IMG/VR virus record: IMGVR_UViG_3300038345_000251
Span: 375,248-392,823 of that record
Reading direction: 5' to 3' (one strand)
From: a virus
Lineage: Duplodnaviria > Heunggongvirae > Uroviricota > Caudoviricetes
Length of the DNA stretch: 17,576 nucleotides
Position numbers and translations under genes: made by a program. Numbering within the stretch: the first letter of the stretch is position 1; each line of letters begins with the position of its first letter. The notes beneath the pieces were generated by a model. It was not told the DNA's origin and ran no database searches. It saw only the letters and a list, made by a program, of their open reading frames with translations. This document shows, piece after piece, positions 1 to 8,005 of this stretch.

Positions 1-3000
1 TACTTATAGTTAACCATGATGGTTTATCTGATGATTTATATCCAACGTTTGTATATCCAGTAACTGAGTAACTTTCAGAGTTAGATACATATGTTCCACC
101 AGAATCCAATGAAGTTGGCGTAATAGTACTACTATTATTATAGTCCCATAAAAAGTTATTTGATGGTGTACTTGCAGTAAGTTTTAAATTCACATGGTCA
201 GAACCTGTTTGTGCACCATTAAAATATATATCAAAATCTTCAGCAGTTGAATGATTTGACCAAGATGCTGTTATTGTAGCACTACCTGTTCCAGCTGTTT
301 GTGATAAGTTTAACCAACTTGGTTTAGTAGAAGAATCTACTGTCCAACTTTGGTTTGCTGAAATATCAATTGTATTACTACCTGTACCTGTACTTGTTGT
401 ATAACTATAATTACTTCCATTCCAATATGCAGTAATATAATAACTTGGTGCAGAAGCCTCTTGATTAATTGTAATATAATCATTACCTTGAACTGAACCA
501 TTGAAATAAATATCAGCACTTCTTGCATCACCATCATTTGCACTCCATGATACTGTGATATTACTTGTAGATGAAGTACCAGCTGTTGGACTTACAGTTA
601 TCCAACTTGGTTTACTAGAAGTATTTAATGACCATCCTTGGTTTTCTGTAACAACACGAACAGTTGTTATGTTACCTGCATCTGCACCTGCACTATATTC
701 CCATCCTGTACCTGTTGAACCTGTATAAGTATGAATACTATAACTTACAGGTGGTACATACGCTGACTGTGTAATTGAAATATAACAAGTTTGTCCATGT
801 TCACCTGTAAATGTAAGTGTTGCTGTTCTTTGACTTCCAGCATTAGAACCAACTGTTACTGTTATATTTACATTATTAGTTCCAGCAGTTTGACTTAATG
901 TTGCCCAAGATTGGCTACTTGAACCTGTCCATGCCTGATTTGCTTGTACCCTAACAGTAAATGAACTACCGCCAGAATCTACAGTAGCAGCAGTTGCCGT
1001 ACCTGAAGTACCTGTATAAGCTGTAATTGTATAAGTAATACCTGTTGCTGCTTGTTGTAAATTTAAAGTCGCAACTGTTGTTGAACCTGTTTTAACTAAA
1101 AATTCACCTGTTCTTGCTGTAGTAGTAGTATTTTGTTGTGTTGTTGCACTAAACGTACCATTACCTGATGTATTAGTAATACCTTTTTGTGTAATCCAAT
1201 TATATGATGCAGCAGATGTTAATGTCAAGCCTGTCATATTGGTTGTATATGTGGTAGAATCGGTTGTTGTTGCAGCAGCAATTGATTTAGTGATAGCGGT
1301 TGAACTATTACTCCATAAGAAATATGCTTTTGCTTTTTGTGTAATTGTAATTGTTGCAATTACATTATCGCCAGACTTTATTTGTACAGTACCTGTTCTA
1401 TCAGTTGTATCAGGATTAGCAGCAAATCTACCAACAAAATTAGTACCGTTTAATGTTCCACCTGTAATCCAAGTATCAGTTGTTGCCGTTGTCAAAGTAC
1501 TTGAATAATTTGTAGTATAAGGAATATTACCTGTTGTTGTTGCAGCAGATGTAACTGTTACAGCAGTTGTTGTTGCGCTATTACTACCATCACCCCAATA
1601 GAAGTAATTAGACGTAGGTGCTGGTCCTTGAACAATTGTTATTGTACCAAGTACTTCACCTGTACCCATTCTTGTAATAGTAACAACGTTTCTTCTTTCA
1701 ACATAAGTTGTATTTTCTTTTAATTGGAAAGGTGTTCTATTAGAACTTAAACTAGGTAAATAGTTAAACATTGATATATTATCATTGCTTATAATTATTT
1801 CACCTAAAGGAATATTAGTATCGTACCATCCACCATTTTGAGTTGTTACTGTATTATAAGCAATCGTATCAAGTGTAATAGCAGTTGTTGTATGTGCCTC
1901 TGATTCTGCTTGGGTTTTACCAAGGAAGAAATAATCAGCAATAACTATTTCACCAGATGCTTGGTTAAATGTTATTTTAGCAATGTTGGTTGTACCTGAT
2001 TTAACATAAATATCACCACTTCTTGCAGGTGAATTTGCAGGGTTTTCTTTTACCCTAACACTAATTGTACCAGCAGTTGTTGTAGTCGCAAAACTTACAC
2101 TTTGATACATTGAAGGTGATTCAAAAGTTAATGTTCCAATTTCTGCTGATGTATAATTTGTTTTATAATAAACTGTATATGAACCAGCAGCACTACTTAC
2201 TGTACTTGCATATGTACAGGCTGTTGTCGTTGCTTGTGCTGCTGTATTACCAACATAAAAATATGATGCAGGTTTACCTGCTTGAATAACTTTAATTGTA
2301 CCAACAGTTGTACCATTATTTTGAATATTAAATGTATAATTTCTTTCTGTGGTATATATATTTTGTTGTGTACTTGCAGTAAAGTTACCACTACCCATAC
2401 CTGTGTTAGACAATCCTCTCTCTGTTACCCACGAAGTAGAACCGTTTACACTAATTGAAGTATAACTGTTAGTATATCCTTCACTTATTGTTGTTTCATC
2501 CCAATCAATGTTGATAACTAATGAACTTAAATCACCACCTGTTGCATCATCCCAATTAAATGTACGTTCCATACCTGCTTGTGTAAATGTTGCACCAGAT
2601 GAATATGTCATATTAGTATATTCAATAGTTACATTACCTGTTCTTTCAGTATAACTACTATTATTACTTGCACTAACAGTAATAGTTGTTGGACCAGTAC
2701 CTGTTAAAGTACTGAATGTAAGCCAACTATTTGTATTTGTTATCTTCCAAGGATTTCCTGCTGCTGTATGTACTTGAATTTGTTTACTTTCACCTGTAGC
2801 AACAAACGATGTGTTATCAAGTGTAATAAGACCAAATTGAATACAATTGTCAGTTAATTTATATGAAACATTTTCACATGTATTAGCATTACTACTAGGT
2901 GTACTTGCTGAGAACATATATTCAATATTAGAATCATTTCTTAAAGTACCAATAGTGTTAAATGTTAAGTTTGTTATTTTATTCTGTGTATATGCTGAAT

Positions 3001-3376
3001 AAAATGTTAAATCTGTTGTATTTAACTTTGTCCATGTGCTTGCAGTTGTATATCTCCACCAACAACCAATTGTACCATTAGTGATTGTATCAATAATAGG
3101 ACTGATTGTCATTGCAGTCGGATTTACATAATATTTGCAATTCACAAATAACATACATTTTGGATTATATTCAATATCCAAACTTGGTACATTATTAAAA
3201 AAATTGTCTTTTGAATATGGTTCTGTATAACGGTGACTTGTATTTTCTGTAATCGCAGTTGATACTGAAGCAGTACCAATACTTGATGCATCTGGACGCT
3301 CAAAACCACTTGTCGTTAAGAAATTACGATATGTACCATTATCATCGAATTTTTTTAATTTTTTGTTAATAGCCAT
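1..3376 (-). CDS. Large Thr/Ser/Gly-rich tandem BACON-like (Ig-like) repeat protein, putative virion adhesin; 3'-truncated at window edge
   Basis: Hand translation from ATG 3376 (MAINKKLKKFDDNGTYRNFL...) gives 1125 codons with no stop to position 2 (...KPSWLTIS). Recurrent BACON-type motifs: GNPWKITNTNSGLTFSTLTGTGPTTITVSASNNSSYTERTG, SSKPSWITVSPTAGT, KPSWLNLSQTAGTG, N...RTG.(V/I). Confidence 0.88.
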   Translation of the reverse strand, partial: MAINKKLKKFDDNGTYRNFLTTSGFERPDASSIGTASVSTAITENTSHRYTEPYSKDNFFNNVPSLDIEYNPKCMLFVNCKYYVNPTAMTISPIIDTITNGTIGCWWRYTTASTWTKLNTTDLTFYSAYTQNKITNLTFNTIGTLRNDSNIEYMFSASTPSSNANTCENVSYKLTDNCIQFGLITLDNTSFVATGESKQIQVHTAAGNPWKITNTNSWLTFSTLTGTGPTTITVSASNNSSYTERTGNVTIEYTNMTYSSGATFTQAGMERTFNWDDATGGDLSSLVINIDWDETTISEGYTNSYTSISVNGSTSWVTERGLSNTGMGSGNFTASTQQNIYTTERNYTFNIQNNGTTVGTIKVIQAGKPASYFYVGNTAAQATTTACTYASTVSSAAGSYTVYYKTNYTSAEIGTLTFESPSMYQSVSFATTTTAGTISVRVKENPANSPARSGDIYVKSGTTNIAKITFNQASGEIVIADYFFLGKTQAESEAHTTTAITLDTIAYNTVTTQNGGWYDTNIPLGEIIISNDNISMFNYLPSLSSNRTPFQLKENTTYVERRNVVTITRMGTGEVLGTITIVQGPAPTSNYFYWGDGSNSATTTAVTVTSAATTTGNIPYTTNYSSTLTTATTDTWITGGTLNGTNFVGRFAANPDTTDRTGTVQIKSGDNVIATITITQKAKAYFLWSNSSTAITKSIAAATTTDSTTYTTNMTGLTLTSAASYNWITQKGITNTSGNGTFSATTQQNTTTTARTGEFLVKTGSTTVATLNLQQAATGITYTITAYTGTSGTATAATVDSGGSSFTVRVQANQAWTGSSSQSWATLSQTAGTNNVNITVTVGSNAGSQRTATLTFTGEHGQTCYISITQSAYVPPVSYSIHTYTGSTGTGWEYSAGADAGNITTVRVVTENQGWSLNTSSKPSWITVSPTAGTSSTSNITVSWSANDGDARSADIYFNGSVQGNDYITINQEASAPSYYITAYWNGSNYSYTTSTGTGSNTIDISANQSWTVDSSTKPSWLNLSQTAGTGSATITASWSNHSTAEDFDIYFNGAQTGSDHVNLKLTASTPSNNFLWDYNNSSTITPTSLDSGGTYVSNSESYSVTGYTNVGYKSSDKPSWLTIS
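660..714 (+). repeat. Donor copy of a dispersed direct repeat (second copy 16254-16302)
   Basis: acagttgttatgttacctgcatctgcacctgcactatattcccatcctgtacctg; 682-714 is identical to 16270-16302 (33 bp); the rest aligns with one substitution and one 6-bp indel. Confidence 0.95.
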
Positions 3377-3396
3377 CTTAATTAAACATATTTTTA

Positions 3397-3407
3397 TATA
3401 AATAGTT
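3397..3407 (-). promoter_or_regulatory. AACTATTTATA motif upstream of the BACON gene (candidate phage late promoter)
   Basis: Identical 11-mer also at 7694-7704; both lie 21-33 bp upstream of minus-strand adhesin gene starts. Confidence 0.45.
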
Positions 3408-3423
3408 ATAAACTTTTAATAAT

Positions 3424-3455
3424 AAAAAAAGCAAGTTATTTTTAACTTGCTTTTT
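3424..3455 (-). terminator. Intrinsic terminator after the 828-aa gene (possibly bidirectional)
   Basis: Stem gcaagtta/taacttgc (3431-3438/3443-3450), 4-nt loop, flanked by A7 and T5 tracts. Confidence 0.8.
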
Positions 3456-3480
3456 CCTAAAATGTTATAATATAAAATCG

Positions 3481-5967
3481 TTACGTAGCATCCTCTACTG
3501 TCCAATTTGTAGGAATACCTGACGAGCCTGTTGTCCATCCTGTCATTGATGGATTCTTGACAAATGTACCAGAACTTGCAACTCCACTTACCCAATATTG
3601 TGTACAATTAGATGCGCTTATATCAGTTGCCAAACAATTAATATAATTTAAACTACTACAACGAGAGAACATATAATAATAACACTGAGTTGCTAATGTA
3701 GTAGCTGGTAATGCAGGTGCTGTAGTAAGACTTGTACAACCTACGAACATAAATTTATAACAATAATTTGCTAATGCAGTTGCTTGTAATGCAGGTGCTG
3801 TAGTAAGACTTGTACAACCATAGAACATTTCTTCATAACAATCTTCTTTTAATGTAGTTGATGGTAATGCAGGTGCTGTAGTAAGTCTTGTACAACCTCT
3901 GAACATACTTATATAACAATAAGGTGCTAATGTAGTAGCTGGTAATGCAGGTGCTGTTGTAAGACTTGTACAACCATAGAACATTTCTTGATAACAATAA
4001 TTTGCTAATGTAGTAGCTGGTAATTCAGGTGCAGTTGTTAAAATAGTACAACCTCTAAACATAGTACTATAACAATTAATTGCTAATGTAGTAGCTGGTA
4101 ATGCAGGTGCTGTAGTAAGACTTGTACAATCTCTGAACATTGCTCTATAACAATAAGGTGCTAATGTAGTAGCTGGTAATGCAGGTGCTGTTGTAAGACT
4201 TGTACAACCTTCGAACATATATTGATAACAATGTTGTGTTAATGTAGTAGCATGTAATTCAGGTGCTGTTGTTAAACTATTACAACCACTAAACATAGAA
4301 CTATAACAAGCATATGCTAATGTAGTAGCAGGTAACAAATTACTTGGTACAGTTGTTAAACCTGTACAGCCTTGGAACATACCAACATAACAAGCACCTG
4401 CTAAACTTGTTGCTGGTAACATATTATTAGGTATTGTAGTAAGACTTGTACAACGTGCAAACATATAAGTATATGCGCTTGTTGGTAATTTTCCAAGAGG
4501 TAAAACTTGTATATTTGTAAGACTTGTACAACTATCAAACATATTACTATAACAAGCAGTTGCTGCTGACAATTTACTTGACGGAAGTATAGATGGTCCA
4601 TTAACAAGACTTGTACAACCACTAAACATAGCAGAACAACAATATGCGCCCATTGTAGTTGCACTTGCACCAATACTTGTTGGTCCATTAACAAGACTTG
4701 TACAACCAAGAAACATTCTATTACATGCACTTTGGCCAATCGTAGTTGCATTTGCACCAATACTTGTTGGTCCATTAATAAGCCCAGTACAACCACTAAA
4801 CATTTCTTTACAAGACATTCTCGCTAAACTTGTTGCAGGTAATTCAGGTGCTGTTGTTAATGATATACAACCAGCAAACATACACTCATAACCTTCAAGA
4901 GATATTTCTGTTGCAGGTAATTCAGGTGCTGTTGTTAACGATGTACATCTTCTAAACATATAAGCACATGAATATACTTCTATTACTGTTGCTGGAATTA
5001 TAGATGGTGCTTTAGTAAGACTTGTACATCCTTGGAACATACTTGTATAAGAACCATGTCTTAAAGTAGTTGCTGGTAAAGACAATTTGCTTGCGTCTGT
5101 TAAACCTGTACAATTTGCAAATAAAGCAGAAAAATTATATCTATAAGTTAAATAGTTTAATGTAGTAAAATTAGTGCTACTAATTAAACTCATTATATTT
5201 CCTTTAACGTTAAATACTGCTGTTGTACCACTAAATGTACTCATTTTGTTATCAGGCCAAGGGTCAACACTAGTACCGTATGTACTATTATTACCTCTAA
5301 ATTGGATAATATCACCTGCCACTACTTCAATAGTTGGTGCTGAATCACCTGTACTACTTGTAATAGCACTCCACGTTTGCCCGCTATCTTTACTATATTC
5401 AATTGTTCTGTGATGATTATTATAATTACCATCTTCTATGTCACCGCCAATTTTACCAGCAGCTGATTTCCAATATATTGTACCACTAGATAAGATTTCG
5501 AATGTAAGTGGATATGTTTTGGGGTCTGGTACATGTTCCTGTGTAATACCATACTTAGTAGTAACGTATCTCGTATTTGGCATTGTATACCTAACAGTAA
5601 AAAATCCACTTCTATCTTCTTCAGTATTATCATATTCATCTGCCTCTACTGTTAATATAGTTGCACCTGTTCCCCTGTTTGGTGAAACATTAAGCCAACC
5701 TGATTTCTCAGTAATTGCCCACGTGTTTGTTGCTCTTGTAGTTAATGATGTAGTTTCACTACCACCTTCATAACTAAATGGTTCAATATCGTCAATTTCG
5801 ATTACACCATAATCAATTTCATCAGGTCTATCAATTGGACCTGGGTTATAATGCACATGATATTCATTTTCACAAACAGATACATTAGGTTTATATACTT
5901 TACCTTGTTCTCCGTCTATATAAGTCTGATATTCAGAATCTTGTTTAAATCTTTTTGTCCAAAGCAT
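3481..5967 (-). CDS. 828-aa adhesin-like protein: shared N-terminal module, BACON domain, beta-rich linker domain, about 19 BspA/DUF285-like LRR repeats, C-terminal cap
   Basis: BACON-like WAITEKSGWLNVSPNRGTGATILTVEADEYDNTEEDRSGFFTV; repeats APxLPATTLAxxCYxxMFxGCTSLTT; cap YINCLATDISA...GTFVKN...GIPTNWTV. Confidence 0.9.
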   Translation of the reverse strand: MLWTKRFKQDSEYQTYIDGEQGKVYKPNVSVCENEYHVHYNPGPIDRPDEIDYGVIEIDDIEPFSYEGGSETTSLTTRATNTWAITEKSGWLNVSPNRGTGATILTVEADEYDNTEEDRSGFFTVRYTMPNTRYVTTKYGITQEHVPDPKTYPLTFEILSSGTIYWKSAAGKIGGDIEDGNYNNHHRTIEYSKDSGQTWSAITSSTGDSAPTIEVVAGDIIQFRGNNSTYGTSVDPWPDNKMSTFSGTTAVFNVKGNIMSLISSTNFTTLNYLTYRYNFSALFANCTGLTDASKLSLPATTLRHGSYTSMFQGCTSLTKAPSIIPATVIEVYSCAYMFRRCTSLTTAPELPATEISLEGYECMFAGCISLTTAPELPATSLARMSCKEMFSGCTGLINGPTSIGANATTIGQSACNRMFLGCTSLVNGPTSIGASATTMGAYCCSAMFSGCTSLVNGPSILPSSKLSAATACYSNMFDSCTSLTNIQVLPLGKLPTSAYTYMFARCTSLTTIPNNMLPATSLAGACYVGMFQGCTGLTTVPSNLLPATTLAYACYSSMFSGCNSLTTAPELHATTLTQHCYQYMFEGCTSLTTAPALPATTLAPYCYRAMFRDCTSLTTAPALPATTLAINCYSTMFRGCTILTTAPELPATTLANYCYQEMFYGCTSLTTAPALPATTLAPYCYISMFRGCTRLTTAPALPSTTLKEDCYEEMFYGCTSLTTAPALQATALANYCYKFMFVGCTSLTTAPALPATTLATQCYYYMFSRCSSLNYINCLATDISASNCTQYWVSGVASSGTFVKNPSMTGWTTGSSGIPTNWTVEDAT
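3645..5130 (-). repeat. Coding tandem repeat array, 78-bp (26-aa) period in the distal block, 27-29 aa units proximally
   Basis: Repeat anchors at 3694, 3850 and 3928 are multiples of 78 apart; 3691-3739 and 4081-4129 are 49 bp identical (5 x 78 apart); 19 (M/L)FxxC motifs counted. Confidence 0.92.
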
Positions 5968-6011
5968 AATTTATTGTATATTTAAAAATTTTATTTATTA
6001 TTATTCTTGAT

Positions 6012-7661
6012 TTACGCTTCCATTACAAATCTAACATTCCATCCTTTTGCTGTTCCATCTGCTAATAAATGATACAATGGGTCAGAACTTGTTGGAATAT
6101 AATAACCATCACCACTAGATTGATAATATGTTAAAATGCCATTACCGTTAAATACAACTGTATGTGGATTTGCTGTACAATCTGCTGCGTTAGCAATAAC
6201 ATATTCAATAGAAGTTGCATTCATTTTTGGAATATACGTCTTTGTTGTTTTATTACTAAAGTTCCAGTCGTTATTATTTAAGTTAATAATTCTAACATCT
6301 GTTAATTCAGGGCATTCAAACATTATTCCACCTAATGCTTCTTGGTTATATCCTTCAGCTGTACATCCACTTAAACTAATACAATTCATATTAATTCTTG
6401 GACCAAGGAATGTCAAACTATCCATACCCCTAAATATATTTGAACAGTTTGATGTACCTCTTGTTCCATCGAATCTTGGATAAAGTGTATTATAAACAGA
6501 ATCTCTTCCCCATGCTGTAACATAAGGAATAGAAGTCAAACTACCACACTCTTGGAATACATTATGACATGTTCTAATAGCATCCCATCTAAATGAACCG
6601 TTAATATTAAGTGTTTGTAATCTGTAGCAAAATTCAAACATACCAACAACTTCATGACAACTGAATATACCACAGTTTAATGTTAATGCAGTTGTTTGTT
6701 GCATTTCACTAAACATAACTTGTGCAATACTACTATAGTCACCATTAATTGTAACAGTTACGTTTTTAGGCGTATTTCTGAAACCACTTTCACTATAATA
6801 TTCTTCTTGTGCTCCTTTATATCTTGGTGAGAAAATACCTTCACCTTGATATGTACCCCAAGGATAGTCAGGTGCTGCCCAACTTGCACCATTAAATGTA
6901 ATACTGAAATTATCTATACCATTAAGTGCCCAGAATATTGCAGCACCTGGTTTTGTTGGAACAGTTTTATTGTTATACCAACTATATAAATCATTATCAG
7001 TCCAACCTTCAGGTTTCTTATGATTCCAAAGAATAATGTTGTTTCTATAAACTGTAGGGTCTGAAGGGTCTGCTTCAATTTTCTTTTGATTTAATGAAAC
7101 TTCTTGCCAATCGCTTACAAGTAAAGCATTATAAGGACAAGCAGATAATATTTCAATTGTGTTTATACCGCCATTATATGACATTGTAGCATAACCTGCA
7201 TCAATTAAACCTTTAACAGTAATTTCATAGTTAGCATATAATACAACATCTTCATCTGTTACCATACTATCACCAGGTTCAATAATAAATCCTGATTGTT
7301 CTACTTCACTTCTTGTTGGGATTTCAACTGTTGACCAACCTATAAATTCGTATTCTGTTACAGGTGTTGCAGGTGCTGATTTTGCAGTAAATGTAACATC
7401 ACTTGACCTACCTGTTACTGTAACAGTTTCATCTGTAGTTTCAGCACTACTTGTTTTATATCTGTATGTAATTGTATAAGAATATGTTGTTCCAGTTTCA
7501 CCACTAGTATCTGAACAATGGTCAACTGTTCCATCATCGTTATAATGAACTTCATATTCTGCTTCGCAAACTGAAACGTTAGGCATACATACTTTACCTT
7601 CGCCTCCATTTATAAAGTTTTGATACTCTATATGATTAAGAAATGCTTTTGTATGTGACAT
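6012..7661 (-). CDS. 549-aa adhesin-like protein: shared N-terminal module, Listeria-Bacteroides-repeat-like domain, unknown middle domain, degenerate LRRs
   Basis: The track start at 7670 is TTG; ATG 7661 (MSHTKAF) aligns with the paralog starts. YEFIGWST...IEPGD...EDVVLYANY resembles the InlB-B/Flg_new repeat; LRR-like MFEFCYRLQTL, VFQECGSLTSIP, IFRGMDSLTFL. Confidence 0.82.
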   Translation of the reverse strand: MSHTKAFLNHIEYQNFINGGEGKVCMPNVSVCEAEYEVHYNDDGTVDHCSDTSGETGTTYSYTITYRYKTSSAETTDETVTVTGRSSDVTFTAKSAPATPVTEYEFIGWSTVEIPTRSEVEQSGFIIEPGDSMVTDEDVVLYANYEITVKGLIDAGYATMSYNGGINTIEILSACPYNALLVSDWQEVSLNQKKIEADPSDPTVYRNNIILWNHKKPEGWTDNDLYSWYNNKTVPTKPGAAIFWALNGIDNFSITFNGASWAAPDYPWGTYQGEGIFSPRYKGAQEEYYSESGFRNTPKNVTVTINGDYSSIAQVMFSEMQQTTALTLNCGIFSCHEVVGMFEFCYRLQTLNINGSFRWDAIRTCHNVFQECGSLTSIPYVTAWGRDSVYNTLYPRFDGTRGTSNCSNIFRGMDSLTFLGPRINMNCISLSGCTAEGYNQEALGGIMFECPELTDVRIINLNNNDWNFSNKTTKTYIPKMNATSIEYVIANAADCTANPHTVVFNGNGILTYYQSSGDGYYIPTSSDPLYHLLADGTAKGWNVRFVMEA

Positions 7662-7693
7662 ATATAACAATTATTTTATCAATTATTTTTTCC

Positions 7694-7704
7694 TATAAAT
7701 AGTT
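7694..7704 (-). promoter_or_regulatory. AACTATTTATA motif upstream of the 549/828-aa gene pair
   Basis: Identical to 3397-3407; 33 bp upstream of ATG 7661. Confidence 0.45.
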
Positions 7705-7733
7705 GATAAGACCCTTAAATTTTTGTACTTTTG
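7702..7733 (+). promoter_or_regulatory. Bacteroidota primary-sigma promoter for the plus-strand operon
   Basis: -7 box TACTTTTG (7726-7733) fits TAnnTTTG; GTTG (7702-7705) lies 20 bp upstream as a near-consensus -33 box. Confidence 0.55.
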
Positions 7734-7747
7734 TAAAAAATGAAAAT

Positions 7748-7999
7748 ATGTTACCTAAATCATATGATAAACGATTCAAAAGATTCATGAATCTTAAATA
7801 CTTAAAGTTTATGACTTTAAATAATAGGAAATATATGATAGATAAAAATGTTTTTAATTTTAAAGATTTGAAATCATTTAAGATAGTGGATAAACTTAAT
7901 GGAGAATCTAAAGATTGTATATTAAATAATAATGTTGTTACAATTGAAAGATTTAAGGTTACAAAAGAAATGGAGAATGGAAGTACATTCATCAGATAA
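7748..7999 (+). CDS. Hypothetical protein (83 aa, MLPKSYDKR...)
   Basis: Part of track ORF 7703-7999; ATG 7748 preferred because it lies downstream of the promoter motif; 6-bp gap to the next gene. Confidence 0.6.
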   Translation: MLPKSYDKRFKRFMNLKYLKFMTLNNRKYMIDKNVFNFKDLKSFKIVDKLNGESKDCILNNNVVTIERFKVTKEMENGSTFIR

Positions 8000-8005
8000 A
8001 AAATA

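Noticed and set aside
660-714. 660-714 / 16254-16302 as a DGR TR/VR pair
   Set aside because: Too short, only one substitution plus an indel, and the recipient is not a C-terminal variable region.
3660-4340. CRISPR array
   Set aside because: The 78-bp period is an in-frame coding repeat; no cas genes or leader.
3645-5130. Diversity-generating retroelement acting on the LRR gene
   Set aside because: No reverse transcriptase or separate template repeat in the window; differences between units are not confined to adenines.
337-7609. Short track ORFs overlapping the large genes (e.g. 337-543, 1239-1508, 2197-2391, 4401-4796, 5174-5413, 5438-5773, 6136-6483, 7415-7609)
   Set aside because: Shadow frames of repetitive low-complexity genes, with V/Q/L-biased composition and no independent signals.
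7694-7701. T4-type late promoter TATAAATA on the plus strand
   Set aside because: The other copy (3397) has no plus-strand gene downstream; the minus-strand reading explains both.
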